A stretch of DNA of 63,392 nucleotides, filler included, from Conidiobolus incongruus B7586 (Eukaryota): assembly GCA_000697335.1 (NCBI GenBank). It is 8 parts of 8 records of this genome, joined end to end, with 100 filler letters (N's around TTAATTAATTAA, not from the genome) between each part and the next. Parts side by side here need not be neighbours in the genome. Positions count along the whole stretch, not along the records: positions 9,645 to 20,402 come from JNEM01000135.1; positions 20,503 to 30,859 come from JNEM01000137.1; 6 more parts are not named here. The stretch is one strand, 5' to 3'. Within the stretch, counting starts at the first letter, position 1. Every line of letters begins with the position of its first letter. The notes below the pieces were generated by a model. That model made no database searches. It worked only from the letters and a program-made list of their open reading frames with translations, and was not told the DNA's origin. The translations under genes were made by a program, and so were the position numbers. Below are positions 13,316-27,399 of the stretch, one piece after another.

Positions 13316-16312
13316 ATGGACTACAGTGAAGACGAAATAAACATCTATTTCAACGAATTTAACAATATTAACTCTTCCGACGATGAAAACTTTCAAAACT
13401 ATGTAGATGATGAAGACGAAGATTTTAACCAATTAGAATTTCAAGATTTTTTCTCAAGTCCAAGACAGTTAGTAGATGATGAATATTTAACAACTTTAGA
13501 GAATGAGGAGGACGCTCGTGGTAAAAACCCTATAGATCGGAGTGCTTTGGATAACGAATTTTATCAATTCCAGAATACACTGAAACAAGTCACGGGGATT
13601 GGGGGAGGTGAAGCTGGCAAGGGGAGACCACGACAACATCATATTACAAATTTCCCTGAAGATATTAGGAGAGATATGGCACAAGCGAATTTGTATTACG
13701 TGAATCAAAGGCTGGAGGATGCTTTGAATTTAATTCATAAGATAATTGCTAGGAATCCTTCAGTGTCCGATGCTTGGAGCGCTTTAGGTCTTATTTGGGA
13801 TGATTTGGGTTATCATAACAAATCATTTCAAGCTTTCTTGTTAGCCGCTCATATTAATCCCTATGAGCCCGAAAAGTGGAAAATTTTGGCCGACAAATCA
13901 CTCGAAAGAGGTCTTAAGGATCAAGCATTGTACTGTATTAGTAAAGCTGTCATGGCGGATAATACCGATGTGGAACTCATACGTCGTAAAGCGGAAATGT
14001 GTAGAGAAATTGGCGATGATCATCGTACTATGATTAGTTATAGACAAATTTTGAGGGCAGACCCTTGGGACTTTGAGGGATTTGATTCTCTTATGCTCCA
14101 GTACTAATAATAAGACTAAGGCTATTGAACCTATGCATCGTACCATGACACTCTACTTAACACAGCCTGATGTTGCTCAGGAGAAGGGATACAAGCTCAC
14201 TATGGATTTCCTCAATTTAATGGTAGAACTATATATGCTCGAGGGCAGATTTCTAGAATGCGCTCGTCGTGTGATTCGAGGCTATGATATCATCATTCTA
14301 GGGGCTACCAACAATGACTGGAATGAAGATCTTATGACACTTTCGCAAATCCAAGATGAAGCTCTCAAATTACTCCCTACACCTGATGTCGACTTCCCCA
14401 TAGAACTGAAAGCTCAAATGGGTACAGTTTTAACTCTACTCAACATGCAAGAAGTAGGGTCCAAATTCCACGAACATTTATATATCCACGGTACGGAAGA
14501 CCACGTGGACATCTACCTATACATCGCGGACGATTTCAAAGCTCGTGGGCGTTATGATCTTGAACTCTTACAGTACGAACGTTTGATTTTAAATTTCAGT
14601 AAATTCGACTATCACGAAATTTGGTCTAGAATGGCAGAATGCTACCAAAATCTTGAACAATGGAATCGAGCACTGTATTATTATAAGAAGGTGGACGATG
14701 CTGGATACGCCACAAGGGAAATGTACATGATCATGAAAGATCTGTACCAGAATAAGATGAAGGACTCACAATCAGAGATTGAAATACTAGATAAGTTGGT
14801 GATGCTCAACAAGAAGGGCCAAGTTCAAAACCTTGATTATCTCTACGACGATCCCGACGACTACAACGAAGACGATCAAGGTTCTGATTACGAACCTCCT
14901 AACGACGATAATGAAGATGATGCTAATACTTATGTGTTCAAGAAGGAGAAGATGAAGAAGGCTGGTGCTAAGAAGAAGCAGCGCAAGACTAAGAAGCGCA
15001 ATACGAATGCAGCTTATTCCATTGTCCAAAATATCGAAATCAATTTCCACAAATTGGACCTTCTGGACACCCAGGGGCCGAATTTTGTCATGGAATTTGC
15101 GGACACTGTCATCGAGTTAAGTCGTCAATTTGTTACAAAGCAGAAGTGGTTCTACTCAAAAGAAACCTCTACGAAATTGAGGGAAGGGTATCAAATTCCT
15201 CAAAGGCTGTTAGACTCCGAACATTGCTTCATTCCCCAAGAGTTTTTAACCGCTTTAGAATCTTACACCTTCCACGGTTATCCCCTGACCCATTTGTACC
15301 AGCTCTTTGTAGTTGCCGGAGTTCACCTCTACAGCACTGATGAAGGACCCAAAGCTAATCAAATTTTCAGGGAAATTACGGATTGATATATTGGGGACAA
15401 ATTCCCCAACTTTCAAATGTATTTCAATCTCTTAAATTTGTCACTAGCTTTCAAATTTCAAGATTTCCACAGTATGGCAGAATTTTTACGTCATTGGATC
15501 CAAAATAATGTGAATGATCCTCGCGTATACGGCCTATACTCCACAGCTCTTTCTAAAGGTTTTAAATCCTTAAGTCATTTTGGCAATCCCTCTATATTAA
15601 AATATTTTACACGTCTTCTTATTGATAATGAAAAGAAATCTTCAGGGGATTTACCTTCCGAAGTCTATTTTATTCAGGGCCTGATGTTATTATGTGGTTG
15701 TAGTTTTTTAACTGCTATTCATTACTTTCATCAGAGTTTACTAAAGATGCCTAATGAACCACTCATCCTTATGGGGTTGGGTCTTTGTTATTTGGGGATT
15801 TCTACAGCTAGAAATTCGGATAATAGACATTATCAAGTGTTACAAGTAATCATTGATTTTATGAGATATTGAATATGTTTATCAACAACGTTTAGGCTTT
15901 TACATATTTAAAACAATACTACGCTATCCGAAATAGAGATCAATCTCAAGAAGCTGAATTTAATTTGGCTAGAGCATATCACTACATTGGTACATTTTTT
16001 AGTTTACTATTTGAAATTGATATTTATTAGATTCTTAGGTCTTTTCCATTTAGCAATTCCTCATTATGAGCGTGTTTTGGAGTTGGATGATTTACAGCAG
16101 AAGAGAGATCAAAGTGGATCGCAATTTGGGATTGATAAGGTACTCAAGAATTTCATAATTGATTCAATTTTTGATTTATTAATTATTAGGATACCATATT
16201 ACCTCATTTTAATCTCAAATATGAAGCAGCTTACAATCTTTCGATTTATTACAGAGGTATTGGATCGACAGGGTTAGCTCAGTGGTATTTGTGGAAATAT
16301 TGTACAATTTGA
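13316..16312 (+). CDS. TFC4: RNA polymerase III transcription factor TFIIIC TPR subunit (Tfc4/tau131/GTF3C3); apparent frameshift at ~14100 and in-frame TGA at 15384-15386
   Basis: Acidic N-terminus followed by TPR repeats (AWSALGLIW..LG, FLLAAHINP, QALYCISKAV). The spliced C-terminus (introns 15846-15895, 15990-16038, 16140-16189) reads NRHYQVLQAFTYL...QEAEFNLARAYHYIGLFHLA...EAAYNLSIYY...KYCTI*, typical of Tfc4/GTF3C3. Confidence 0.9.
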
Positions 16313-16390
16313 GTTTAATATCAATTATTATTATGATTAATGTTATTTTATTTTATATATTATTAATTAAATTAAATTAAGTATGTTGTT

Positions 16391-17666
16391 TTAATCTAGT
16401 AGCCATCTGTCATTCCCACCACTTCGACTTTGATCATGACTTGATTCGTATCCTCCTCCTCCTGCTACAGCTGTTGAATAATAACTCAAATTTTGTCGAA
16501 TTGTAGCAGTATCCACACTTTTCCTAGGGGAGTTGGCTTCCTTATTATTGAATAGATTTCTCAACCAAGTTAAACTATTTCCACCAGTATGTGTCACTAA
16601 TTTAAAATTCAATAATTGTTGTTTTAATCCCATTCCAAATTTTAATAAATTTGTAACAATTGTAGCAATGTTCACAGGGATTAATAGTAGGATTAAAGTA
16701 CCTAAAATAATTAAATCAGTATTTCATTTTAATAATTTTAATTGGGAATTTACTAAATAAATAAAAATTAAATTTGATTAAGAAGTTAGATTCGGAGAAA
16801 ATAATTAATTGATAAATAATCAAACCTAAAGCCACTAGTTGAGAAACTATCACAAAGTAACAACCAATGCGAAATTCGTTAATAGCACTAAATATCCCCA
16901 CAGCAATAGTTATTAAACAAATAACTAACGAAGTAATTAACCCTCCAAGCGACAGTTTCTGAACCAGGGTTAACACTATCACCACAATAATAAACCCCAA
17001 AGTCTGTAACTGTAACCCACCAAAGACTAACTGTTGTATTAATAAATAATTTTTAAGTTGTAGGTTAGAGCCTAAACGTTTAAAAATATTCCAACGAAAT
17101 TTTGTATAAAGTTCAATACTAATTGGAATATAAGTTATTGAAGTTAATATGAATATTAATAAGGAACTCAATTCTAAATAATATAAATTAGAATTTTTAA
17201 ATTCTTCTAAAAATTCTAATTTAAGATTTGTAAAAAACCATAAAGTATGAATTATTACTATTAGCCAACTGAATATATTATAAATACCCAACTGTATTAA
17301 ATTCTTATGAATTACAGTATCCCAAAGTGTCGAGAGTTGATAAATTTGTGCGATTAATATTACTATTGGATTCAATAGTTGGTATGGGTTATCGTGAAAG
17401 TCGGAAACCAATTGAACTAATATTAGGATTTGTAAGGATAGGATACTTATAGTTTGTAAGAGGTTTATGAGGAGTGCTATTCGGGACCATTTGGAACGTG
17501 GTAGGGATTCGAATTGGTTGAAGAAATTGTTAAATTTGTAGAATCTACTTAACAATTGATTATATCTATGTGGTGGCGGTGGAGGAGGAGAATATTGAGA
17601 ATTTGTTGAATTACTTAATTGTGTAGACGAAGGTGAAGTTGAGGTTGACGATGTGCTTACATTCAT
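16391..17666 (-). CDS. UPF0658-like (Golgi) multi-pass membrane protein, 2 exons
   Basis: First ATG at 17666, just after an AAT repeat. GT-AG intron 16753-16702 joins the two ORFs in frame (FNFYLF-S-TLILLLIPVNIA). Motifs HKNLIQ, LYTKFRWNIFKRLGSNL and FGMGLK resemble the UPF0658 family as I recall it. Confidence 0.7.
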
Positions 17667-17667
17667 A

Positions 17668-17669
17668 TA

Positions 17670-17704
<35 letters not shown>
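17668..17704. repeat. (AAT)n trinucleotide repeat in the 5' leader of the UPF0658-like gene
   Basis: About 12 TTA units on the + strand. Confidence 0.9.
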
Positions 17705-17705
<1 letters not shown>

Positions 17706-18918
17706 TCTTGATATGAAATTAAAAGAAAAAAGTGAATTATGATTTTTGATTGAATTCAATTTACGCCATTAATTATGGATTTGTGTTTATTTTGATTTTG
17801 GAGGCACATTTAAGGTTTAACGTCTAAAATATCAAATTAGAATTTTAAAATATCTGTCACCCATCCCCCTGATTGCAATTTGACTGGGGTCTTAAAGTAA
17901 TTTAATTATGATGAAATGGTGATTTACTGGTAATCTCAGGTTAACTCCTTGCGAAGCATTTAGGAGGCATTAGTACTAAGCAGATAAATTTCAGTTGTGA
18001 ATGTTGTCATATTACATCAAATGATGCTAATTTCTTTTACCAAGTTGTACAGATTTTTGATTGGTTAAAATTCTTCAACTTTAACTTTTCGCTAAAATTC
18101 AAATAATTCATGATAACTGTATAAATTTTATTAACATTTGAAATAGTGGATTTGAGGTGAATTATGAAGGAAAAGTTGTACACGTCAACGGTTGTTAGGA
18201 AAAGTAAAAGTATGGTATACGCTAGATACTTTAGATTATTTAATTCAGTCTCTGATTTGAGAATTCTAAATATTCTGAAATTAGTTGGGAATTATCAAAT
18301 GATTAGGGATCAAATTGAATAGTGGATTGATAGAACTTTATGGATTTTATATTATACAAATTTCAATGAAACTTGGTTATAATTGGATAGTTAAGTGAAT
18401 TCAATATTATTATTGTTGGAACAGTTTGATGCAATAAACTTCCAATTTCAATCATGATTAATTAATATAAATTTATTTATGTTAAAAATTCATTTTTTCC
18501 TTTAGTGAGATATATAATAAAAAAAATCTTGATTCTTTCTTTTTCCCATAAAGTAAAAGCTATAAATTAATTCAAATGCTATCAATAAACCATTATCTCA
18601 AATTTTCAAAACCAAGTTTAAAATTATTGAATATTATAAATCAATAAATTTTCAAGCAAAATATTTAAATTTTTTTAGCCAGTTACAAATAATCAAATTT
18701 AATTGGGTTAGAATTTTACTTGTAGAATGATTATTGATTCAAATTATAAGGAATATTTATAAAGATCACTGTATTGTGTAATATATTTTGAGTCTATTAG
18801 AGTCTTTATATTATATTGTATATGGAGATGGTATTTTAAGAATTAACTACAATTGATCAACGTTCAATCAATAATCAATAGTAAAAAATGGTACTATATA
18901 ATTTTACTAGTAATTCAG

Positions 18919-19500
18919 TTAAAACGGTAATACTAATAGAGTCTTTGAATATCCTAAAATCAGCAATTCTATCAAAAACTTGTATATCAAAATAAAAGGG
19001 TTAGTCACAAAACATTCAATCTCCTTATCACTACATTCCAGATAAATCAAAATGAAATCCAACGACCAAAAAAGTGTCATCACCACCACTTTCACTAATA
19101 TCTTCCTAATCTGAGTAAATGTCAAAATAAGATTGACTAGGCAGCAAATAATGGAGGATTATGAAATCATTGTGCGTAATCTTATTTATAATTTTTTCCC
19201 CTAGAACTTACGATATTGTTCATGTCTTGTGGTAGTCCCAAATCGAAAGATATAAATAGTATACTGATTAACATCACTACAAAATTGATTTGATCAAGTC
19301 AATAGTAAATGACCACCTGCTACCTATAAAATAAAAACTCATAGTAACTGATCCAAAACTACAAATAACATTGCTTATATAAAAACCAAAAGTACTGGAC
19401 CAAACTGGATACTTAAATATTTAAAAACCTTGGTACTCTGTTACATACTCTACCCATACCAATATAATTGATCTAGCTGCAAATATTTTATAAAACATTA
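18919..19500 (-). pseudogene. Decayed paralogue of the 11209..11949 membrane protein
   Basis: Minus-strand fragments SYYEFLFYR*QVVIY, FISFDLGLPQ and FWSLDFILIYLE...YKFLIELLILGYSKT match SYYQNLLYRWQVVIC, FLSFDLGIPQ and MWSLDIILIYLE...FKFLIELLILGHCKT. TGG>TAG at 19322-19320 and further disruptions. The 5' boundary is approximate. Confidence 0.85.
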
Positions 19501-20720
19501 ACCTTGAGATGTATAGTTTATCCAATTCTAACCTAAGTTAATGAAAATTGTTTTTAATAATATTATACCATGAATTGTTGGCAATTGAGTAATTTTTCTA
19601 GAAAATCATTAATTTAAATAATATTATATTTAAAAACTATATCAATAGAATATCCATTAGACATTAGTGTTTAATGAAATCAAAAATAATACCATTATAA
19701 CTAATTTGTTTTAAAATAATATTCCATTGTAAATTAATAAAATCCTCTTGAATTTGCTATTATTCCAAAAAGAAAAATTGCACATTTTTAAATTTCTGAT
19801 TTGTCAAATATATTACTAAATTTGATTAATTAATTAATTATACATAGAGTTTAATAAGTGAGTTAATATTTTTAAAATATATTTATATGATGATTATTCT
19901 TTATTAAATTAATTATAATTCAAAATTCAAGGTTAAATTTGATTATGCTTTAATTAGATAATAATTATCAAAAGTCTTTTATTTTAATATTACTAAAATT
20001 TAATCATAAACTATTTAAAATTATTTGATCTAAAAATAACCTATAAAGATAATATTTTATTTAAATTTATCATATATTGTTAGATATGCCATTTTAATAC
20101 TAAAAGGATTATTATTCAAAGTTTACTTAAATATAAAAGATTAACTTATATTGTTACTTTTATATTAACTATAAAATAAAAAAATATAAAAAAACAATTT
20201 TTTAATATATTATAATAATTATCTAAAAATCCTTACATAAAATATAATATTATACTATATATATTATAAGTTATATTTGAAATAATTAATAAAAATATAA
20301 AATTAATATCTTCAAATTAAATAAAAACTTAAAAAACATAAATAGATATAATTAAATAAAATTAATTAAATATTATTTAAAAAAGATTTTTATGATATAT
20401 TTNNNNNNNNNNNNNNNNNNNNNNNNNNNNNNNNNNNNNNNNNNNNTTAATTAATTAANNNNNNNNNNNNNNNNNNNNNNNNNNNNNNNNNNNNNNNNNN
20501 NNTAATCAGAAATTAAAAAATTTCCCATTTTTTTAATTCTAAAGTAATATATCCCTTTAATATTCATTTATTTAATTTTAAAAGAGATCATTACTTATTT
20601 TATTCTTTAATATATTCTTTCATCCATATATCCTATTAATATAATATAATATAATATATAAAATATTAATGAAATAAACTTTAATTTAATGATTTCAAAA
20701 TTATTTTTCTAATTTTCTAG

Positions 20721-21635
20721 GTCATACTCACAATATTATCAATTTGAAGATTCCCAACAAGGTAAAGATTAGATTTTTATCTAAAAATTCCTGTAAATAT
20801 GTAAGTGAGTATTCAAGTAAAATGACTCTTATTTATTTTGAAAAATTCATTAGGATGTGATCTTTATAAATTGATAAAAATGGGTTAAACTGGATTACAA
20901 GTATAATACAACTCAGAATCCGAGTTAGGATTCTCAAGTTTGTTAGTTTATATAATCTTGCATTTTAAGTATTATTAACTGAAATTTAATTTTAATATTA
21001 TTTAATATAAATTTAATATTGAAGATATACTAATCCATTATATTAGAGTTGTAATATATTTATATTTCTTGATACTTGAATGAATATCCAGTATTTAATT
21101 TTAAAATAGATTATTGGAAATTATATTAAATATTAAATTTAGTTTACCAGAAATAATCAAAATCCAATACAACTTCGCACTGACCAATTTTTCAGAGACA
21201 ACCTTGTAGGTAAAGATAACAATTAATTTAAATTTAAAATATAGTACAATATAAGTTTAAGATAAATCATTAATTAAAATATTTTAATTAATTTTAAATA
21301 GTAAATTCTAAATTTCTTAATTATATTTCTAAAAATGATTATTAATTCCTTTAATTAACAAAATATTAGATAAAATTTTACTCATTAAAAATTTATTAAT
21401 ATTTTAGTTTTTCATATTAACCATTCAATGATTAATACATACATATATATATATATTCAAAAATGGAAATACTGAATATTCCGTTTTACACTGATTCCTA
21501 CAAGGTCGACGACTTATCATGTAATTCAAACAATCTTTTTTAATTTAAATGTCTAAATTTATTGACTAGATGAATCGTCAAGCTTGATTGGCACTGGGCT
21601 AGGGATTCACTTTTAATACATGGTGTTATTGATTA
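20721..21635 (+). other. Possible exons of a fragmented or decayed multi-intron gene near a contig start
   Basis: GC-richer islands bounded by splice-like signals (TTTTCTAG|G at 20720, GTAAGT at 20801, G|GTAAAG at ~21210, GT..AG at 21521-21569). The last piece reads ...YESSSLIGTGLGIHF*. I could not build a continuous frame. Confidence 0.25.
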
Positions 21636-22238
21636 TTTATAAATTCACCTATACGTTCATAACATTTAGAATGGAAAATATCATAATAATTATGAGTATT
21701 GAAACTTGATTAGTTAATGAAGATATTATTAATTAAATACAATCAAAATTTTATAAAAATTCATTTTAATTTAAATTATTATTATACTTCACAAAATCGG
21801 CATCCAAACCTTGGCTGGTGCCAAGTCATATTTATAATAAAAAAACAAAAATTCATTTCAAAAGAGGTTGTTATCTATTGAACCCACTAAGAATCATTGA
21901 ATTTTATAATAGATTGAATAATGCTCTTAGACATATATTCTATATTATATATTAATATCAGATTATCTTTTGATTTTAATGAATTTAACATTGATAACTT
22001 TTTAGATAAATTAATATAATGTGAAACTAATATTTGATAATTTGTTAATAGATTTAACACGTGAGAGTTTAAATGGAATAGGTGTAAATCATGGATATTC
22101 AATTAAATTCAATTCAATTAATTGAATTATCCCATGATTAAAACAAGTAACATTCATATATAAATTATATCTTATCTTTTTATCATTGATCAAACCCATA
22201 TCACTTATATTAATACTAATATATTAATTAAATCTGCT

Positions 22239-23307
22239 ATGAAATACTTTTCAACCTTAAACTTTGATTGGGATTCTTTCGAAACCGCATTAGCAGGCGG
22301 CGCAGGTGCTGCTTTTGCTTTAACAGCAAGCTATCCCCTTGACATGTAATCTTTAAAATTTAATCATTTTAACATGCAACTGATCTTATTTCTGTTTTAG
22401 AGCTAAAACAGTTTTACAGGTGCCAAATAAAAAAGCTTCGAATACCTCAGATTCCAAAATTCAAGATTTTTCAAAAAAGCATCCCGAAACAATGTTAGCT
22501 GTGTTGTCTGAAATCTACAAAAAGGAAGGCCTTTCAGGATTTTTCAACGGTTTAGGAGTTGGTGTATTTCAAGTTGTAGCTAGTAACTTTGCTTACTTTT
22601 ATTGCTACACTGCTATCAGAAATCGTTATTTGAATAGGCTTAAGGTAGACGAGAAAATCATGCACAAAACCTTATCCGTTCCTGCAGAACTTTTGATTGG
22701 TGCCATTGCTGGTATCTGGTCTCAGATTGTCTCATTGCCCATCTCCGTTGCTGTTACAAGACAGCAGACGACAGATGTAGAGCATCGTAAGAGTATGCTC
22801 GGCACATGGGAGGAGATCATCCATGAGGATGGTCTAACAGGTCTTTGGAGTGGATTAAAACCCTCCTTCTTGTTAGTTATCAACCCTTCTATTACTTATG
22901 CTGTATTCGAAAAACTGAAGGCTTTTTGGCTGAACACTTATAAGCATAAAAATTTAACTGCTTTACAGGTGTTTATCATTGGGGCAATTGCCAAATCTGT
23001 TGCAACAGTCGTGACTTATCCACTTATCATGGCGAAAGTAAGGCTCCAGTGGAAACCATCCAAATCTGCTGATCAAGATCAAGACTATCAAGCCTACAAG
23101 AACAGTTGGGATGTTCTTACCCGTGTATACAGACGTGAAGGATTCTTTGGATGGTATAAAGGAATGCAAGCTCAAATTTCTAAGGCTGTCTTATCACAAG
23201 CATTATTATTCTTATTCAAGGAGAAGATTAATCTCTTAATTGTACTTATAATGGCTGTAGTAAGACAAAAATTAGGTGTTACAAAATCTAAAACTCAAAA
23301 ATCTTAA
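22239..23307 (+). CDS. ANT1: Mitochondrial carrier family protein, peroxisomal adenine nucleotide transporter (Ant1/PMP34-like), 2 exons
   Basis: Intron 22346-22400 gives YPLDIAKTVLQV (PxDxxK carrier motif). Three carrier repeats are present, plus SNFAYFYCY, LPISVAVTRQQT, LVINPSITYAVFEKLK and YKGMQAQISKAVL. Confidence 0.88.
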
Positions 23308-24577
23308 ATTGATATTACATATATTATTATATACTAAATTTTTACCTTCTAGAATTGCTATATATTTTTTAATTTTTATCTATTGATTTAATTTGATATT
23401 TAATCTATTAAAATATTCATCAATATATAATTGTGATTTATATAATCTCTTATCATTACATATATAACTTTAATTATTATTAAACTAATCAATAATAAAA
23501 ATTTAAAAATATAACAAATGTATTTTTAATATTTTTAAAAAACAATCTTAGTTTGTGATTAAATAGATCAATAAAATATGGTTATTTCAACGATTTTGAT
23601 TAATTATTGTTCCTAAATGAAATGATTAAATGTTTTTCTGTTTTGGTGTTCTTATATTCTATTACATTTATTAAATGCAAATTATCAAAGATATTATGAA
23701 TTATAATTAGGTATAAAATAATAACATTACTATATTTATGGTATTTAAAATTTCAATAAAATTATATATAATTATTCAATTTTATCATACAAAATTAGCC
23801 AGAATGAAATTGATTACATATGTTTTTCTAGCATTCCAAGATTTTATGAATTGATTATTTTAAAATACAAAAATTCAAATAGGTCAATTAATGAAATATT
23901 CCGATGAAAAATGAGTTTAGTAAGCAAGTTAATAATATAATTATGGATAAAGTTTTTAACTTTTGTAAAATTTAATTATTTGATTGTTGAACAATTAAAG
24001 AATTTAACCTTTTTATTTGAAGTAGTCATATAAAAAATTACCTCTTGATCTAACAAGCGATATTGAAAAAATTCAACCAACGTTTAACTATAAAAAATTA
24101 ATTCTTCTACTTAAATCTGATTTGAACGAAATATGATCAAATACCGCTAAATTGAGTCAATCAAATTTATCAACTTAACATAATTTTAATTTTAATAGTT
24201 CGATGAGTGTAATGGACATTATTAGAACGCTGGCGGTGTTTGGATTAGTTCCCGATTGTAATCGTCGCGACAAAGCCTTATGAGACGGGGATTTTACTAT
24301 TTACATTAATCCAATCATAATTCTTTTTTGAACTTTTTGCTCTAAATTCAATCAATGATCATTAAATTGTATATTAGTTACAAATATACCTTTCAGTTCA
24401 AGGTTCGAATTTTATTGAAGGAATTTTTTAAAAATAAATCTAATATTAAAAAATATCCCATAATTTTACATATAGTAAATTCTGAATATATTGATTAGGA
24501 ATTTTCTTTAATATGTTATTTAATATATCCAAATAGTATACTAATCAATTTATATTCAATAATAAAATAACATCAAA

Positions 24578-25339
24578 ATGGCTAATCCAAGGCAACGTAA
24601 AAAGTTGAAAAATCCCGGTATGAAGGTTAAGAGAATGAAGCAAAATAAAAAACTGCCTACACCTAATATTAAAGTTATTAAGGATAATTGGGATCCTAAA
24701 TTAACATTACAGCAAAATTATGAAAAATTGGGTCTTCAATCTAGATTAAACGGTATGACAGATGGAAAAGGTGCTAATTTTGATAACAGTTTGGCTCGTC
24801 CTGAATTAACTGATGAGCAGATGGAGAATATGGACCCTAAAACCATCAGTCGTATCATGGGTCCCGGTTTTGGTGTCGTTGAAAGAGACGAGGAGGGCAA
24901 CATCACTAAAGTTACCATTGCCGAGCCTGAAGACTTTCTAGATACCCCTTTACCCCCCGCACCTGCCAAAACTGATGTTGTCAGAGGTAATTTCATGTTC
25001 TCTTTAAGTCATCATTTGATTAATATTTTTATTTGAAAATTTTAGAGTTGGAAAAAATTGCTAACAAACAATACGAAACGCACAAACATTATTCAGATAC
25101 TCAAATGAAGCATGCCGAAAAACTAATTTCAAAACACGGCAAAGATTACGAAGTAAATCTATTCATCATCAAGTTTAAAAATACTTATTAATGATGTTTA
25201 TTTTTAGGCTATGTTCAGAGACATGAAGTTAAATACTTGGCAAGAAAGTGTTGGCCAAATTAAAAGGAAGTGTGAAGCATTTATCAAGCTTCAGGAAGAA
25301 AAAATCCAAAAAGCATCTACTTCAAATCAAGATGAATAA
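24578..25339 (+). CDS. NOP16: Nucleolar protein 16 (60S biogenesis), 3 exons
   Basis: MANPRQRKK and WDPKLTLQQNYEKLGL. Introns 24987-25045 and 25153-25207 give KHGKDYEAMFRDMKLNTWQ. Confidence 0.93.
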
Positions 25340-25784
25340 TTTCATCTTTAGAATTTTCATAATGAATTCATTATATTTGTATTAATTTCTCAACACCCTT
25401 TTGCTCATTTAATTATTTGCTCGAATTTTATTCATCTTAATAAATATAGATTAGTTTTTTCATCGGTTGATATATGTTTTATGTTTTATTTCTGTTTGCC
25501 ATTTTTCATATTTGAACCATTATTTGTTAATATCATTTTCCACTTTTTAAATGATTTATTTTATTCTTATAACTCTTTTTTTTCAATATTATAAGATTTA
25601 ATGTTTTCATTTTTTAACCATTTTAAAATAAAATATTATCCCATAACTTGTACTCATCATATTAAAACAGATTTAATCCAAAATGCACAAGTCTCATAAT
25701 TCGTAATCAACTTTATACTAAACAATATTAGCATCCAGTATTATACAAAATAAAATATTTTGAATATACTAAAATTAGTTACAA

Positions 25785-27336
25785 ATGAGTAAATTACAAA
25801 ACATTATTAATCTTACATTAAGTGCTATACCTCCAGCTATTAACTCTGAATGCACCACTTATCCTGATGAACTTATAAACCAATTGAAAGGATTACCATC
25901 ACGTTTAACATTAATTGTTGATGAAGAAGGAAGATCTTATCTCGATCAACTTGATCCCAGTGCTCATAGCTTAACTTGGCTTTCTCTATTGTAAGATAAT
26001 TTATCTTCAATTTTTAAACCAATTTGATGTTCATAATATTTTTTAGCCTTGCTCATTTTCGTCAATTAATTCATACTAATTCTCATGAAATTTATTCTTC
26101 CTTATGGTTGTTAAAATTATCAATTCCCAAGTTTGATGCTTATCAAATATCTTTAATTCCTGAATTAGGTAACTTTTATCTTTGCCACTTGAATATTGGT
26201 TATTAACATTTATAATTAGTTGGTGATTTGGCAACAGAATTGGATCATTTAGCAAACGATCAAAGAGTTATTGTTGAAGAATTAGCCGATCAAGTAATAT
26301 CACATTTTAATTTTATTTAATATAACTTTTGAAGTAATTCTTTGAAATCATTTAGAAATTGGCTGTATTAAAACTACTTTTGAATTTGAAATCAAAATTA
26401 TATCATTCCCACTTATTAAATCCAATTCATTCCATTATTTTGAAGGTAACACATCATATAGTTTTATTGTTTACATTATTTAATTTGCTTTGATAGCTTT
26501 GTTTAATTACAAAAACATACCATATTGGGTTGAAAGTTATCCAAGAGCATACTTATTTCGACATTGATACCAAATTATCTTTAATCAAAATTGAAGATTA
26601 TTTAACCTTTCATTATTATGCAGCATTGATTTACTGTGGTTATAAAGAATATTCTAAAGCTATACAACATTTGAAATTGGTATTGATTGCTCCTGGTAAT
26701 AACATATCACAGGTTCAAATAGAATCTGTTAAAAAAGGAATATTAATTGAACTATTGAATTTTAAAGAGAGAGATAATCAATTTAAAAAATTAGCTAGCA
26801 AAGCAAGCATTGAAACTCAGTCTTACAATTCAATTTACTCATTAATCAAATCAAGTCATAATATTGATCAATTGAATAATCACATTTCCAAGTATCAAGA
26901 TAAATTTATAGCCGACAATAACTGGGGACTCGTTCAACAACTATCCAAATCTTACTACCCTCGCAAAATCCTCAGCTTGCAAGAATTTAAACTGATTTCT
27001 TTCAGTCAGCTTAGCGAAATCATTGCCTTAAAATCCACTGACCAAATTGAAGGAATGCTTGTTGATCTCATCCAAAGTGGTGCCCTCAGTGCTAAAATCA
27101 GTTTCAATGTCAATTTGGGTGATGATAACGGATTGATTGAGTTCTATTCCAATAGACTACCAGCTAATTCCAGAGAACGCTTTGATGAGTTGGTCAAAAA
27201 TATCGAATCTACCCTCGAACTAAACAAGTTGCTCCAAAAATCTTCCGTAACTGCTTCTGCTATGCGCAATCCTATGTCTTTTTTGGAACATGATCCTGAA
27301 AATTTAGCTCACATTACATCTATGTTGATTGATTAA
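25785..27336 (+). CDS. CSN3: COP9 signalosome subunit 3 (PCI domain), 5 exons
   Basis: Introns 25991-26046, 26169-26219, 26294-26355 and 26446-26496 preserve the frame. Motifs LDPSAHSL, YLTFHYYAALIY, DNNWGLVQQ and a C-terminal PCI region. Confidence 0.85.
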
Positions 27337-27399
27337 TTTACAATCTTAAGATGATTAATAAATTTGCGTTACTTATTTAAAGTAATTTCGTATATTTTT

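Noticed and set aside
15384..15386. Selenocysteine codon in TFC4
   Set aside because: No redox motif, Tfc4 is not a known selenoprotein family, and no SECIS-like hairpin is visible in the short AT-rich 3' region.
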